Source: Thermoplasmata archaeon (GTDB lineage: Archaea; Thermoplasmatota; DTKX01; VGTL01). From it: a stretch of 32,000 bases of DNA. Both the position numbers and the translations under genes were made by a program. The first letter of the stretch is position 1; every line of letters starts with the position of its first letter. A model generated the notes under the pieces. The model was not told the origin of the DNA, searched no databases, and was given only the letters and a program-made list of their open reading frames with translations. Shown here piece after piece: positions 6,654 through 16,282 of the stretch. The stretch covers positions 198-32,197 of the forward strand of contig JAWCLH010000025.1 of NCBI GenBank assembly GCA_038851035.1, written 5' to 3'.

Positions 6654-9272
6654 TTACGGAGTCTCCGGCGGCGGCAACGGCGGCTGCGCGTACCCCGCGC
6701 CGGGAGCCGCGGAATTCGCGCGGCCCTTTCTTCCTCGCGCAACAAGCAGCGCGAGCACCGCAACCACCAGCACGATGATTATCAGCAAGAGCGAGCCCCA
6801 CGCGGGCATCGCCAGCCCGGCCACACCCCTCGAGGTCTCCTCCTGCTCCCTTTTCACGCCGCTCAGGCCGCCCTGCACCACCTTCACCTCAGAGCTCAGG
6901 CTCTTTATATCGTCCACGGTCGCCATCAGCCTTGAAACATTCTCCAGACGCAACATCACCGCGCTCCGGAAGCCCTCAATTCTGGCGCTCAGGTTCCCGC
7001 CCACCTCCGCCATCCCGGCGTCCAGCTCCGAAACGGCGGCCTGAATTCCGGCGAGGGTGCTCGAGTTCAGGTCCCTGACGAGCCCCTCGAGCCTTCTGTA
7101 GCTCTCCGTCTGGGTGCGGTTCGCGCCCTCCATCGCCGCCATCATCGCCCCGAGCTCCGCCAGCAGGTCCGCCCTGAAGTCCTCGAGCTCCGCCTCGAGC
7201 GCGCTGAGCTCTGCCCGGAGCGAGGCGTTCACCGCCTCCAGCGCAACGCCCAGAGCCTCGACGTCCAGCGCGAGCCGCGCCTCCATGCCCGCGATATCGG
7301 CCGAGAGGCTCCGGTTCATCGCCCTGATCTCCGCGTCCATCGCAGACAGGTCCGAGGAGACTCCGCCCACCAGCGCGCGGATGCCCTCGAGGCTAGACTG
7401 GAGCGAGGAGTTCACCGCGCTCAGGGAGCTCCTGACGGCCGCGATGTCGGCGCGCAGGGTCGTGTTCAGGCCCGAGATGTCGCCCCTGAGCTGCGCACCC
7501 AGAGCCGCTATGTCCGCGTCGATGTCCTTGATGAGGTTCGTCAGGGAGGTCTGCATCGAGCTCACGGTGCTCGAGAGCGCGTTCAGGTTCGTGTTCATCG
7601 TGCTGACCGTCGAGGAGATGCCGGCCACCGTCGTCTGGACGCCCTGCAGCGTCGTGTTGAGATAGCTCAGGTGGTACTGGAGCGCGTTCTGCGGGTTGAG
7701 CGGCTCGGGGTCGCTCGCGTCCGGGATGCCGTCGTTGTCGTCGTCCGTGTCCGCACTGTTCCCCTTCCCGTCCCGGTCGGTGTCCAGCCACTCGGTCGGG
7801 TCGAGCGGGAAGGCGTCCTGTCCGTCCGGCACCCCGTCGCCGTCGTCGTCCCAGTCCGCAGTGTCCCCGATGCCGTCAAGGTCGGTGTCGCGGTCGCAGA
7901 CGATGCTCACCAGCGCCTCGCCCCTGAGCTCGGTTCCCTCATCGAAATCGGTCTCGACCCTGTAGTAATAGGTCCGGCCGAGGCTGACGTTCGTGTCAAC
8001 ATAGGTCCTGTCCGTTGGAGCCCTGAAGGTCAGGTAGACATAGTTAGAGCCGTCCACGGAGCGGTAGATTCTGTAGCACTCGAGCGGCGCGGCCCACGAG
8101 TCCGCGGCGTCCCAGCTCAGCGTGACCCGGGCCTGATTCTGGGCGTTGGATGCCCTCAGGTTCTTCGGCCCCGGGGGCCTGACGTTAGGAAGGATGAGGT
8201 ATGTCTGGCCGGCGTACGAGCCGCCGTCCTCGTCGCCATAGGCGCCGATCAGAATGTCGTCGTAGCCGTCGGCGTTAACATCGCCCCCGCCTCCGATGGA
8301 AAGACCGGAGTCGTCATCCGAGTCCTCTCCGCAGAATGACGCAGAGGCGGAGGAGAGCTTTGTGTCCATCGCCCACCCGGAGGCCTTGCCCAGTATGAGG
8401 TATGTCTGGCCGGCGGTCGAGCCGCGGTCGTCATTGCCGTACGCCCCAATCAGGATGTCGTCGTAGCCGTCGCCGTTAACATCGCCCGCGCCCGCGACGG
8501 AGTAGCCGGAATAGTCGTACGAGTTCTCTCCCCAGAATGATGCGGAGGCAGAGGAGAGCTTCGTGTCCATCGCCCACCCGGAGGCCTTACCGAAGATGAG
8601 GTATGTCTGGCCAGCGTACGAGCCGCCGTCCTCGTCGTCGGGCGCTCCTATCAGGATGTCGTCGTAGCCGTCGCCGTTAACATCGCCCGCGCCCGCGACG
8701 GAAAAACCGGAGTTGTCATCCGAGGCCTCTCCCCAGAACGAGGCGTTTGCGCTGGAGAGCTTCATGTCCATTGACCAGCCGGATGCCCTGCCAAATATGA
8801 GATACGTTTGGCCGGCATTTCCGCCGCCCTCGTCGTTGGAGGGCGCTCCTATCAGAATGTCGTCGTAGCCGTCGCCGTTCACGTCCCCGGCGCCCGCGAC
8901 AGAGCGGCCGGAATAGTCAAATGAATTCTCGCCCCAAAACGACGCGACGGCTGACGAGAGGCTAATGTCCATCGCCCACCCGGAGGCCTTCCCGAAAATG
9001 AGGTATGTCTGGCCGGCATTTGTGCCGCCATCGTCGTTGTTGGGCGCGCTGATCAGGATGTCGTCGTAGCCGTCGCCGTTCACGTCGCCCGCGATGGCCA
9101 CGGAGACGCCCGAGTAGTCGTAGGAGCTCTCTCCCCGGAACGACGCGTGCGCTCTCGAAAGAGAGGTTCTCATGCGGGGCTCGCTGCCCTCACTAGAGGG
9201 TGCTATCGCGAGCAGCGGGGCGGTCAGGATGGCGGTCACGACCCAGAGCAGTAGAAGCTTCTTTCCGTGCAT
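6654..9272 (-). CDS. Integrin-alpha-like FG-GAP repeat surface protein with Asp-rich Ca-binding (thrombospondin type 3-like) repeats, coiled-coil stalk and C-terminal TM anchor
   Basis: Signal peptide MHGKKLLLLWVVTAILTAPLLAIA. Five 67-aa repeats of the form SFWGE..DYSG.SVAGAGDVNGDGYDDILIGAP...GQTYLIFGKASGW. Further along: DTDLDGIGDTADWDDDGDGVPDGQDAFPLDP..DTDRDGKGNSADTDDDNDGIPD, then a long Ala/Leu/Ser heptad-like region with many N-x-S/T sequons, then the TM segment LLLIIIVLVVAVLALLVA followed by RGRKGR. Confidence 0.85.
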   Translation of the reverse strand: MHGKKLLLLWVVTAILTAPLLAIAPSSEGSEPRMRTSLSRAHASFRGESSYDYSGVSVAIAGDVNGDGYDDILISAPNNDDGGTNAGQTYLIFGKASGWAMDISLSSAVASFWGENSFDYSGRSVAGAGDVNGDGYDDILIGAPSNDEGGGNAGQTYLIFGRASGWSMDMKLSSANASFWGEASDDNSGFSVAGAGDVNGDGYDDILIGAPDDEDGGSYAGQTYLIFGKASGWAMDTKLSSASASFWGENSYDYSGYSVAGAGDVNGDGYDDILIGAYGNDDRGSTAGQTYLILGKASGWAMDTKLSSASASFCGEDSDDDSGLSIGGGGDVNADGYDDILIGAYGDEDGGSYAGQTYLILPNVRPPGPKNLRASNAQNQARVTLSWDAADSWAAPLECYRIYRSVDGSNYVYLTFRAPTDRTYVDTNVSLGRTYYYRVETDFDEGTELRGEALVSIVCDRDTDLDGIGDTADWDDDGDGVPDGQDAFPLDPTEWLDTDRDGKGNSADTDDDNDGIPDASDPEPLNPQNALQYHLSYLNTTLQGVQTTVAGISSTVSTMNTNLNALSSTVSSMQTSLTNLIKDIDADIAALGAQLRGDISGLNTTLRADIAAVRSSLSAVNSSLQSSLEGIRALVGGVSSDLSAMDAEIRAMNRSLSADIAGMEARLALDVEALGVALEAVNASLRAELSALEAELEDFRADLLAELGAMMAAMEGANRTQTESYRRLEGLVRDLNSSTLAGIQAAVSELDAGMAEVGGNLSARIEGFRSAVMLRLENVSRLMATVDDIKSLSSEVKVVQGGLSGVKREQEETSRGVAGLAMPAWGSLLLIIIVLVVAVLALLVARGRKGRANSAAPGAGYAQPPLPPPETP
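8165..9143 (-). repeat. Five tandem 201-bp coding repeats (FG-GAP units)
   Basis: The same ~50-nt core (cag[ga]atgtcgtcgtagccgtc[gc]gcgtt[ac]ac[ag]tc[gc]cc...) recurs starting near 8251, 8451, 8652, 8853 and 9054. The copies at 8451 and 8652 are identical over about 50 nt. Confidence 0.9.
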
Positions 9273-9290
9273 GGTGACACCTTCATAGAT

Positions 9291-9303
9291 AGTATAGTTA
9301 TAC
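9291..9303 (-). promoter_or_regulatory. TATA-like element for the FG-GAP gene, inside an A/T-rich island (9281-9345)
   Basis: The reverse complement reads GTATAACTATACT, centred about 25 nt upstream of ATG 9272. Further A/T-rich sequence lies upstream (aatttaatcttatataatctttattttttt). Confidence 0.45.
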
Positions 9304-9484
9304 TTGAACGAATTTAATCTTATATAATCTTTATTTTTTTCTCTTCAGCCGCGTTCCACCGGCGGCGCGTGGAGGCCCGGGCCCCCCTCCCATCCGGTTT
9401 CCGGAGGCGATGGGAGTGCCCGCGCGGGGCCTTTCTTGACCCCGGGGCCCCTGGGAGGCGAAACAATATAAGCGTCACGGCGAT

Positions 9485-10228
9485 ATGGCCGGTCGAGGAG
9501 GGGGGCTGGCGGCCGTGAAACCCGGCGCATCAATCGAGGAGCTGAAGGCCCTCGCGGGCCGGAGGGGCGCGGGGCTGGTTCGCGACGGCATGGTGGTCGG
9601 TCTCGGGACGGGCTCAACCGCCAGACACGCGATTCTGGCCCTCGGCGAGAGGGTGAGGGAGGGGCTGAGGATTGTTGGCGTCCCCACTTCGCTCGAGAGC
9701 GAGAGGCTGGCGCGGGAGTGCGGCATACCGCTGACCACCCTCGACGAGCACCCCGAAATCGACGTCACAATTGATGGCGCGGACGAGGTGGACCCGCGGC
9801 TGAACCTCGTCAAGGGCCTCGGAGGCGCCCTCCTGCGCGAGAAGCTCGTGGCCCTCGCGACGAGGAGGGAGGTCATCGTCGTGGACGGCTCCAAGCTCGT
9901 TGAGAGGCTAGGGACCAGGGCCCCCGTGCCTGTCGAGGTCGTCAGGTTCGGCCACACGCTGACCGCGCGCAGGCTGGCGGCGCTGGGCTGCGCGCCCGCG
10001 CTGAGGATGGCGGGGGGCGGGTCCGCGGCCGGGGGCCCATACGTGACCGACAACGGGAACCTCATCTACGACTGCCGCTTCGCCGGCATCCCAGACCCGG
10101 CGCGGCTCGAGAGGGAGCTGCGCGCCGTTCCGGGCGTTGTGGAGAGCGGAATCTTCGTCGGGCTGGCGCATCTGGTGATTGTGGCCTCCGCGGAGGGGGT
10201 CAGGGAGATTCGCAGGCCGGAGGAGTGA
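9485..10228 (+). CDS. rpiA: Ribose-5-phosphate isomerase A
   Basis: DGMVVGLGTGSTA, DVTIDGADEVD, NLVKGLGGALLREK and YVTDNGNLIYD are canonical RpiA motifs. The alternative start GTG 9515 fits better with the TATA-like AATATAAG at 9465-9472 and with typical N-terminal length. Confidence 0.9.
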   Translation: MAGRGGGLAAVKPGASIEELKALAGRRGAGLVRDGMVVGLGTGSTARHAILALGERVREGLRIVGVPTSLESERLARECGIPLTTLDEHPEIDVTIDGADEVDPRLNLVKGLGGALLREKLVALATRREVIVVDGSKLVERLGTRAPVPVEVVRFGHTLTARRLAALGCAPALRMAGGGSAAGGPYVTDNGNLIYDCRFAGIPDPARLERELRAVPGVVESGIFVGLAHLVIVASAEGVREIRRPEE

Positions 10229-10271
10229 CAGGGGCCCCGGTCTGCGCGATGTCCGCGCCTCCCAAGAGCCC

Positions 10272-13200
10272 CTACTCCTCCTCGCCCCGCCCCCACCACT
10301 CCATTTCACGGGCACTACGGCTCCGGAGCGCTATAGCCGAGAGAACGATGAGGAGCGCCAACGCGCCCGCGGCGAGGAGGAGCCATCCCGTGATGTCCGG
10401 AGCGGGTCCTGCACCGGGCTCTGCGACGCTCACGGTGAGTTCCAGCTCATTGTTGTCCTCCGAGAGCTCCGCCACCCTGTTCGCGCGGTCGATGACGACC
10501 TTCAGCGTGTGGGTGCCCCTCTTCGCGCTCCATATCACGCTCGCTTCCGTCCGGCCGCCGGCGGGGACGGACACGGTCACCGTCTCGAGGGGCTGGCCGT
10601 CCACGCTGAAGCTCACCTCGACGCTGCGCGCGTCGCTGCAGTAGGGGCCTGTGTTCATAATCTGAACAGCTATCTCGACCAGCCCGGGGACCACGCTCCT
10701 GTTCGACGGGGAGGGGGGGCCTCCGACGGGCCTGAGCGCCATGGCGCCGGGCGAGAGGTCGGGCTGGCGGCCATAGAAGCGGAGCGAGGCAGCGTTGTTG
10801 GTCTCGTCGGTCTCGAGGACTTCGTCGCCGGGGTCGAGCACGACCTCGAGCTCGTTCTCGCCGTACCTGATCGCCGTGAGGAACGTGGAGGCCGTGGCCG
10901 CGCCGCCCGGCAGGATGGGCTGCGTCAGGACCAGCGATGAGATTCTGTCTCCGTTCAGCAGGATGGCGATGGGGACCACGCGCGCCTCGCCCCCGCCGCC
11001 GTTGTGGACCGTGATGGAGACCTCGAACTCCTCCCCGACGACGGGCGAGGGCGGGGAGACGGCGACGTCCTCCGGGGATATCCGGAGGTCCGGGCGGACG
11101 AGGCCCAGCGTGACGGGGCGCTCGTCCCTCACGTCGCCCGGGGCCTCGAGCCGGACGGTCAGCTCGTAGTAGCCCGCGGGCGCTTCGCGCGGGACTCCGA
11201 TGGACAGGGAGACCGCGCGGCCCCTCTCGAAGGGCGCTAGCTCGACGCTCTCGGGCGGCAGGCTCCAGCCGGAGGCACCCTGAAATCCCGCCCTGAGCGA
11301 GACTGTGGCGCACTCCCTCACATTCCCGTAGTTGCCGACCTCGACCCTGAGGAAGGTCTGGAGGCTGAGGGCCGTGTTCAGGGGCGCCGCGCCTGCGACC
11401 CTCTCTATCTTCAGGAGACGGGTGGCGTTGACCTGAATCGTCAGGACCAGTGAGGCCTCGGCGTAGCTCCCGCCTTGCTGCGCGCGGGCGTGCATAGTCA
11501 CGGTGTGCTGACCCGCAAGCGTGTCCCCCGGGACGGCGGCGGTGAGCTGGACATAGGCCGTCCCACCTCCGGAGACGAAGACCTGTGACCTCGAGAGGCG
11601 GCTCCAGCCCGCGGCCTCGCCGCCGAGGGAGAGGTTGATCATGCTGTCGTGGTTACCCGTGTTCCTGACCAGAACGGAGAACGAAACCTCATCGCCGGGC
11701 GCGGCAATCGCCACTGGCCTCTCGCAGGAGAGGTTCACGCCGGCTACGCCGAGGACGGTGGTCCGGGCGGTTATCGCGAGGGTGTAGGGGTTCTGGAGGA
11801 GACGCACCTGGACCGTGACGAGCTCCAGCTTCCCCGCCGGCGCACTAGCCGGCGCGCCGACCTCGAGCGCGATATCGAGGGAGCCGGAGGCCGGGACCTC
11901 GACCACCGGCTCGCCCCCGGTGACCTGAGGTATGGTCCGGGCGCTCCAGCCAGGAGAGGGCGGGGAGGGTGCTAGGAACTCGATGAGAAACCCCCGGGGC
12001 TCCGGGTTGACTAGGCTTAGGTTGTAGCGGACGAACTCGCCGGGTAGGACCGTCTTCTCGAGGCCGCCGGGGCCGGGCTCGAGCCTCGCGCCGCTCCAGA
12101 GCCACTCCATCACTCTCGACGCGAGGAGGCTTCTCTCCGAAGGGTCCGTCAGGAAGGAGAACTCGAATGCGAGGAAGACAAGCCTGAACCGCCCCGAATA
12201 GCGGAGGGCGTTGAAGGGGCCCGTGATGGGGTGCCTGTCGTACTGGCTCTGGTAGAATATTCCCGGAGAGTCGGAGGCGTTCATGAGAATGTCGGACTTG
12301 TCCCAGAGGCCCGCCGGAGCGCCCGACGTCTGGAAGGAGAGGCCGCCGGTGATGGGATCCCCCTCGACGCCCTCGAGATAGGAGGGTAGCCCGCGGTCGT
12401 CCTCGAGGTTCGAGAAAGAGGTGACGCGCAGGTAGCTCCTTCCAAAGTCGCTCCTGCCCATCACCGTCCAGACGTCCCACATCGCCTCGAAGGAGACGAG
12501 CCATAGCTTGCCCCCGGCATCAAGATAGGACGATAGGCTGGAGAGGTCCTGCGCCGAGAGCGTGCCCGATTTGCTGGTGTAGCAGTCGTCGAAGCCCGTG
12601 AGCCAGACCACCGCGCCGTACCTCGAGAGAATGTGGGCACCGGGGCCGTCGCCGTCGTTGGCGACCAGATACACATCGAAGTCGAGGGGCGCGAGCGCGT
12701 CCATCATCGCCCTCTCGACGTCCGCCTGGAGATAGGTCCTGAGGGCGCCGTTGTTCCCAGGCCCGCTGTCATCGTCCACGAGGAGGATGCCTGTAGGCCG
12801 TGAGGAAACGTGGATGGGCCTCCAGAGGGAGTTGTCGCCGGGCACCTCGTCGGGGGAGGGGAGGATGGTGCACCTCGCGGTGTAGTCGCCGGGCTGCGAT
12901 GGGGTCCAGCCCCACTCGAGCACCGCCGTCTCCCCGGGAGCGAGCGCGGGGGCCTCGCGACTCATCGTCGTCCCGTCGCTGATGTTGAAGTACACTGTAA
13001 ACGGCTCCTGCTGGCTCTGGCCGATGTTCCGGATCGCGGTCCTGAAGGTCTGTGCGGCGCCCAGCCTGTCGACGTCGGGGGCCGAGATGTTCAGGAGCGC
13101 CACGTCGTTCAGGTTGCCCGTGCCCCTGAGCACGAAGTCGTCCACATAGAAGCCGAGGTCGTTGAAGTTCTGGTCGGAGACGAACCTGAGCTTTATTCTG

Positions 13201-14555
13201 ACCACCTTACCGCAGAACTTCATTATGTCCAGCCCCTTCTCGTGCGGCTCCCCCGGGTCCGCAATGCCGTTACCGTTGTAGTCCGACCAGTGCGAGACCC
13301 AGTCGTACCAGCCGTCGGAATTCCGCGTGCCGCTGAGAGTGGCGAAGAGCGGGTACCAAGTGGCGCCGCCGTCGTCAGTGATGTATGTCTCGAGCCCGTC
13401 GGGCGGCTGGGACCTCCCGTAGTAGTTGAAGTTGAACAGGATGTAGTAGTTCGGGTTCATCCTCGTCAGGTCGAGAGGGGGGGTGATGAGGGAGGCATCG
13501 AGATTGTTGGAGTAGGCCCCCGTGCCCCCGCAGTACCACGCCGTCGGGGCGCTGTGGGCCGACGGGTCCGGGTCGTTCACGACCTCGCTGACCAGCTGCC
13601 ACCTGCCGGGCCCAATGTCGCCGCTCCAGCCGCCCTGCGCGTCACAGGGGTCAATCCAGAGCGCCACGGGGACGCCGGTGAGCAGGAGCCCGTTGTTGCT
13701 TGTGTTGGTGTCGCCGGCGGTGCTCGCGGTAGCGTTGACGCTGACCGTCGTCACGTAGGCCGGGGTCCAGACCCACGACACCTCCTCCTCCGCGCCAGGC
13801 TGAATCGCGGGAATGGTCGAGGAGCGCTCGTTCATCAGGTTTCCGAAGTAGTCCAGAATTCTCACATAAACGTCAGTCGCGGGCGCTGGGTCCGGGCCGC
13901 CGTTCCTGACAGTGACGACGAGCTCCGTGGGCCTCCCGGCCATAGCGGCGCCGTAGATGCCCGCCGCCGGGTTGGGGCCTCTGAAAGATATGGACACGAC
14001 GGCGACGTCCGGGCCCGGGGCGCGCGTCTCGCGGCGCGCGGCGCGCGCCTGCTCCTCCGGGGCCGGGACTCGCGCGCCTGCGGCCCCCGCCGGCCTTGCG
14101 CCGCTCCAGACCTCGGCTGGGCCGCTGACGGCGGCCGACGCACCGCCTGTCCCCGACGTCCCTGCGGGGCCGCCGGCCTCCCGGCTCTCAACATCCCTTG
14201 AGCCGCACTGGCCCGCACTGTTGCCGGGAGAAGAAGGCCCCGCGGGCCCGCCCGGGGTGAAGGCGCCCTCGCCGGCCCTCCCGGCGCCCTGCGCGCCCTT
14301 TAGACGAGCGGAGAGGGGTGGCTGGCCCGAGGAGACCGCCGCGGGGAATTCGCCGGGAGGCGAACCGGCGAGCGCGCCCGGCGCCGCGGAGCGTCCGCCG
14401 CCAGAAGCTCCGGAGGGAGCTGGGTGACATTCAACCGGGACCGCGCCGGAGAGGGCTCCATCCGCCGAAAGCGGAGCCGCTGCGGGCGCCTGGAGGAGCA
14501 GCAGAATCAGAAGCGCGGCCGCCACGGAAATTCTGCGGGAACCGTTCATGCACAC
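10272..14555 (-). CDS. Giant (~1427 aa) secreted/anchored surface protein with repeated CARDB/Ig-like beta-sandwich modules
   Basis: Signal peptide (RRISVAAALLILLLLQAPAAA), then an Ala/Gly/Pro/Ser low-complexity linker of about 190 aa. Repeated modules show the x-V-x-N-x-G pattern (VTVRNGGPDPA, IRNIGQSQQ, VLVRNTGNHDS, VEVGNYGNV, ITVHNGGGGEA, VQIMNTGPY). There is an alpha/beta-looking insert (GILLVDDDSGPGNNG...VWLTGFDD). The C-terminal TM segment is WLLLAAGALALLIVLSAIAL followed by RSRSAR. The start is GTG 14555 or ATG 14549. Confidence 0.8.
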   Translation of the reverse strand: MCMNGSRRISVAAALLILLLLQAPAAAPLSADGALSGAVPVECHPAPSGASGGGRSAAPGALAGSPPGEFPAAVSSGQPPLSARLKGAQGAGRAGEGAFTPGGPAGPSSPGNSAGQCGSRDVESREAGGPAGTSGTGGASAAVSGPAEVWSGARPAGAAGARVPAPEEQARAARRETRAPGPDVAVVSISFRGPNPAAGIYGAAMAGRPTELVVTVRNGGPDPAPATDVYVRILDYFGNLMNERSSTIPAIQPGAEEEVSWVWTPAYVTTVSVNATASTAGDTNTSNNGLLLTGVPVALWIDPCDAQGGWSGDIGPGRWQLVSEVVNDPDPSAHSAPTAWYCGGTGAYSNNLDASLITPPLDLTRMNPNYYILFNFNYYGRSQPPDGLETYITDDGGATWYPLFATLSGTRNSDGWYDWVSHWSDYNGNGIADPGEPHEKGLDIMKFCGKVVRIKLRFVSDQNFNDLGFYVDDFVLRGTGNLNDVALLNISAPDVDRLGAAQTFRTAIRNIGQSQQEPFTVYFNISDGTTMSREAPALAPGETAVLEWGWTPSQPGDYTARCTILPSPDEVPGDNSLWRPIHVSSRPTGILLVDDDSGPGNNGALRTYLQADVERAMMDALAPLDFDVYLVANDGDGPGAHILSRYGAVVWLTGFDDCYTSKSGTLSAQDLSSLSSYLDAGGKLWLVSFEAMWDVWTVMGRSDFGRSYLRVTSFSNLEDDRGLPSYLEGVEGDPITGGLSFQTSGAPAGLWDKSDILMNASDSPGIFYQSQYDRHPITGPFNALRYSGRFRLVFLAFEFSFLTDPSERSLLASRVMEWLWSGARLEPGPGGLEKTVLPGEFVRYNLSLVNPEPRGFLIEFLAPSPPSPGWSARTIPQVTGGEPVVEVPASGSLDIALEVGAPASAPAGKLELVTVQVRLLQNPYTLAITARTTVLGVAGVNLSCERPVAIAAPGDEVSFSVLVRNTGNHDSMINLSLGGEAAGWSRLSRSQVFVSGGGTAYVQLTAAVPGDTLAGQHTVTMHARAQQGGSYAEASLVLTIQVNATRLLKIERVAGAAPLNTALSLQTFLRVEVGNYGNVRECATVSLRAGFQGASGWSLPPESVELAPFERGRAVSLSIGVPREAPAGYYELTVRLEAPGDVRDERPVTLGLVRPDLRISPEDVAVSPPSPVVGEEFEVSITVHNGGGGEARVVPIAILLNGDRISSLVLTQPILPGGAATASTFLTAIRYGENELEVVLDPGDEVLETDETNNAASLRFYGRQPDLSPGAMALRPVGGPPSPSNRSVVPGLVEIAVQIMNTGPYCSDARSVEVSFSVDGQPLETVTVSVPAGGRTEASVIWSAKRGTHTLKVVIDRANRVAELSEDNNELELTVSVAEPGAGPAPDITGWLLLAAGALALLIVLSAIALRSRSAREMEWWGRGEEE

Positions 14556-14582
14556 CCACCGCCATCATCACCTGATTGAGAG

Positions 14583-14591
14583 TATATTAAA
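14583..14591 (-). promoter_or_regulatory. TATA-like element (TTTAATATA on the minus strand) for the giant surface protein gene
   Basis: An A/T island in the divergent spacer 14556-14666, 32-38 nt upstream of the GTG/ATG start. Confidence 0.45.
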
Positions 14592-14631
14592 GTTGCCGGC
14601 TGCTCTCGCGCGGACGGGCGCCGTTAAGAAA

Positions 14632-14641
14632 TCTTTAAGTA
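14632..14641 (+). promoter_or_regulatory. TATA-like element (TCTTTAAGTA) for the 14667 gene
   Basis: Centred about 30 nt upstream of ATG 14667. Confidence 0.45.
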
Positions 14642-14666
14642 GTCTCGCCGCCGTGCATCATCCGCC

Positions 14667-15560
14667 ATGGAGCTCGGGCCCGTCGAGGTGCTGCGGATAA
14701 TATTCGGCCTCCTGCTCATCTTCTTCCTTCCGGGCTACCTCCTCGTCAAGTCGCTCTTCCCCGGCAGGAACGAGCTGGACAAGGAATATAACATTATTTA
14801 TGAAATCGGGCTGGGCATGGGCCTGAGCATCGTCATCGCGATTCTGGTCGGCTTCTTTCTCGGCTCCCTGCACCAGCTCATCGGCTTCAGATACGTTGAC
14901 GGGAAGGAGAAGGGCTACTTCGACACGCCCTACATCGTCGCCAGCCTCCTCCTTATATGCCTGCTCCTCTTCGTCGCCGCTTGGTACCGGGGCGCTTTTC
15001 CATGGATGGGAAAGCTCCACCCGGTCCTCGCCCGGGTCCCGGCGTCCGAGAAGCCGGAGGCGCGCAAGAAGCGCATGGACGCCCTGATTCTCAAGCTCTG
15101 GGACCTCTCGAAGGAGAGGGAGAGGCTTAGGAGGGAGGTGAGGCTCTGCGAGCGCAGGTACAGGAGCCACGGGCGCAGGATGAGGGAGCACTATAAGAAG
15201 AAGCTCGAGGAGACCCGCGAGAGGCTGGCGAGGGTGGACGCGGAGATGAGGGAGCTCGAGGAGCAGCGCGCTCAGGAGCTCGCGGGCGTGGAGGACGAGA
15301 AGGGAGAGGCGGAGGAGGGTGAGAGGAGCGCGCTGGGCGGCGGCGCGCGCGGTGATACCACTGAGGGGAGGCGGGGGAGATGGCTTCCGTGGCTTGGGGC
15401 GCGCAAGGAGAGGAAAAGGGAGGAGGGGGCCCGCCCCGGAGGAGGGGAGGGGACCCCCGACGGAAAAGCGGCGGGAGCGGCGGCCCACCCCGGAGGGGCG
15501 GAGGAGGGGGCCGCGTCTGAACCGGGCGGGGCCGCCCCGCCGGCCGCGGAGGAAGAGTAG
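14667..15560 (+). CDS. Archaeal membrane protein with DUF1616-like N-terminus, coiled-coil and charged disordered tail
   Basis: The N-terminus LRIIFGLLLIFFLPGYLLVKSLFPG matches the (F)LPGY...LFP signature I associate with DUF1616. There are 3 TM helices, then a Lys/Arg/Glu-rich helical segment and a Gly/Ala/Glu/Arg tail. Confidence 0.6.
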   Translation: MELGPVEVLRIIFGLLLIFFLPGYLLVKSLFPGRNELDKEYNIIYEIGLGMGLSIVIAILVGFFLGSLHQLIGFRYVDGKEKGYFDTPYIVASLLLICLLLFVAAWYRGAFPWMGKLHPVLARVPASEKPEARKKRMDALILKLWDLSKERERLRREVRLCERRYRSHGRRMREHYKKKLEETRERLARVDAEMRELEEQRAQELAGVEDEKGEAEEGERSALGGGARGDTTEGRRGRWLPWLGARKERKREEGARPGGGEGTPDGKAAGAAAHPGGAEEGAASEPGGAAPPAAEEE

Positions 15561-15732
15561 CGGGGCGGGAAGCCAAGAGAACTGGGCGCCGGTGGAGACG
15601 GCGAGGGGAGAGAGACGGGAGAAAGGGGCGCCGGTGGATGCGGCGCGGGGATGGGACCGGGCCTGAGGGGCCCGTGCCGGGCAGTGATGATGGACGGGCT
15701 GAGAAAGGTCAGACGGAGCGGGAGGAGAGGAA

Positions 15733-16095
15733 ATGGCGGATTTCCAGTACAAGATGGTCGTGGTCGCGAGGCAGGACCTGAGGCTCTCGGCGGGCAAGCT
15801 GGCGGTGCAGGTCGCACACGCCGCTGTGAGCTGCGCCCTTCAGGCGAAGAAGTACTCGCCCGAAGAATTCAAGGCGTGGTACGACGAGGGCCAGAGGAAG
15901 GTTGTGCTGAAGGTTCCGGACCTGAAGGCCCTGCAGGAGCTCAAGCTCGAGGCCGAGGCTTTCGGGCTCGTCACCTGTCTGGTCACGGACGCGGGCCTGA
16001 CAGAGGTCCCGCCGGGCACTGTGACGGTGCTGGGCATCGGGCCGGCGAAGGAGAAGGAGGTGGACAGGGTCACGGGGAGCCTCGCGCTGCTCTGA
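15733..16095 (+). CDS. pth2: Peptidyl-tRNA hydrolase, archaeal/eukaryal type (Pth2)
   Basis: YKMVVVARQDLRLSAGKLAVQVAHAAV ... VVLKV ... VTDAGLTEVPPGTVTVLGIGP is the canonical PTH2 fold signature, and the ~120 aa size fits. A GGAGGAGAGGAA Shine-Dalgarno-like stretch lies immediately upstream. Confidence 0.9.
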   Translation: MADFQYKMVVVARQDLRLSAGKLAVQVAHAAVSCALQAKKYSPEEFKAWYDEGQRKVVLKVPDLKALQELKLEAEAFGLVTCLVTDAGLTEVPPGTVTVLGIGPAKEKEVDRVTGSLALL

Positions 16096-16282
16096 CGGGC
16101 GCGGACATCGAGCGCTCCAGCGGGAGACGACTGCGCGTCGTCCCCCTCCTGACCGGCGCGCAGCTGCCGCGCCACGCGCGCGGGACCGGCCCCGGGTATG
16201 ATGGGCGAGGGAGTGTGATGAGATCGCGTGGGCGGGCGTGTGATGCGCGGGACCCTCCGGGCCTTGAGGCGTGAGGGGGGAA

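Noticed and set aside
9387-9416. Imperfect hairpin CTCCCATC..(CCGG TTT CCGG)..GATGGGAG in the rpiA upstream spacer.
   Set aside because: The stem is short, in GC-rich DNA, and has no adjacent oligo-T or recognisable riboswitch or terminator context. It is not distinguishable from chance.
16215-16264. C/D-box sRNA-like pattern: GTGATGA, 12 nt, GGGC, 2 nt, GTGATGC, 12 nt, GGGC, upstream of the DUF99 gene.
   Set aside because: The C and C' boxes are plausible, but no CUGA D or D' boxes occur at the required positions (GGGC instead), and there are no terminal stems. It is likely chance.
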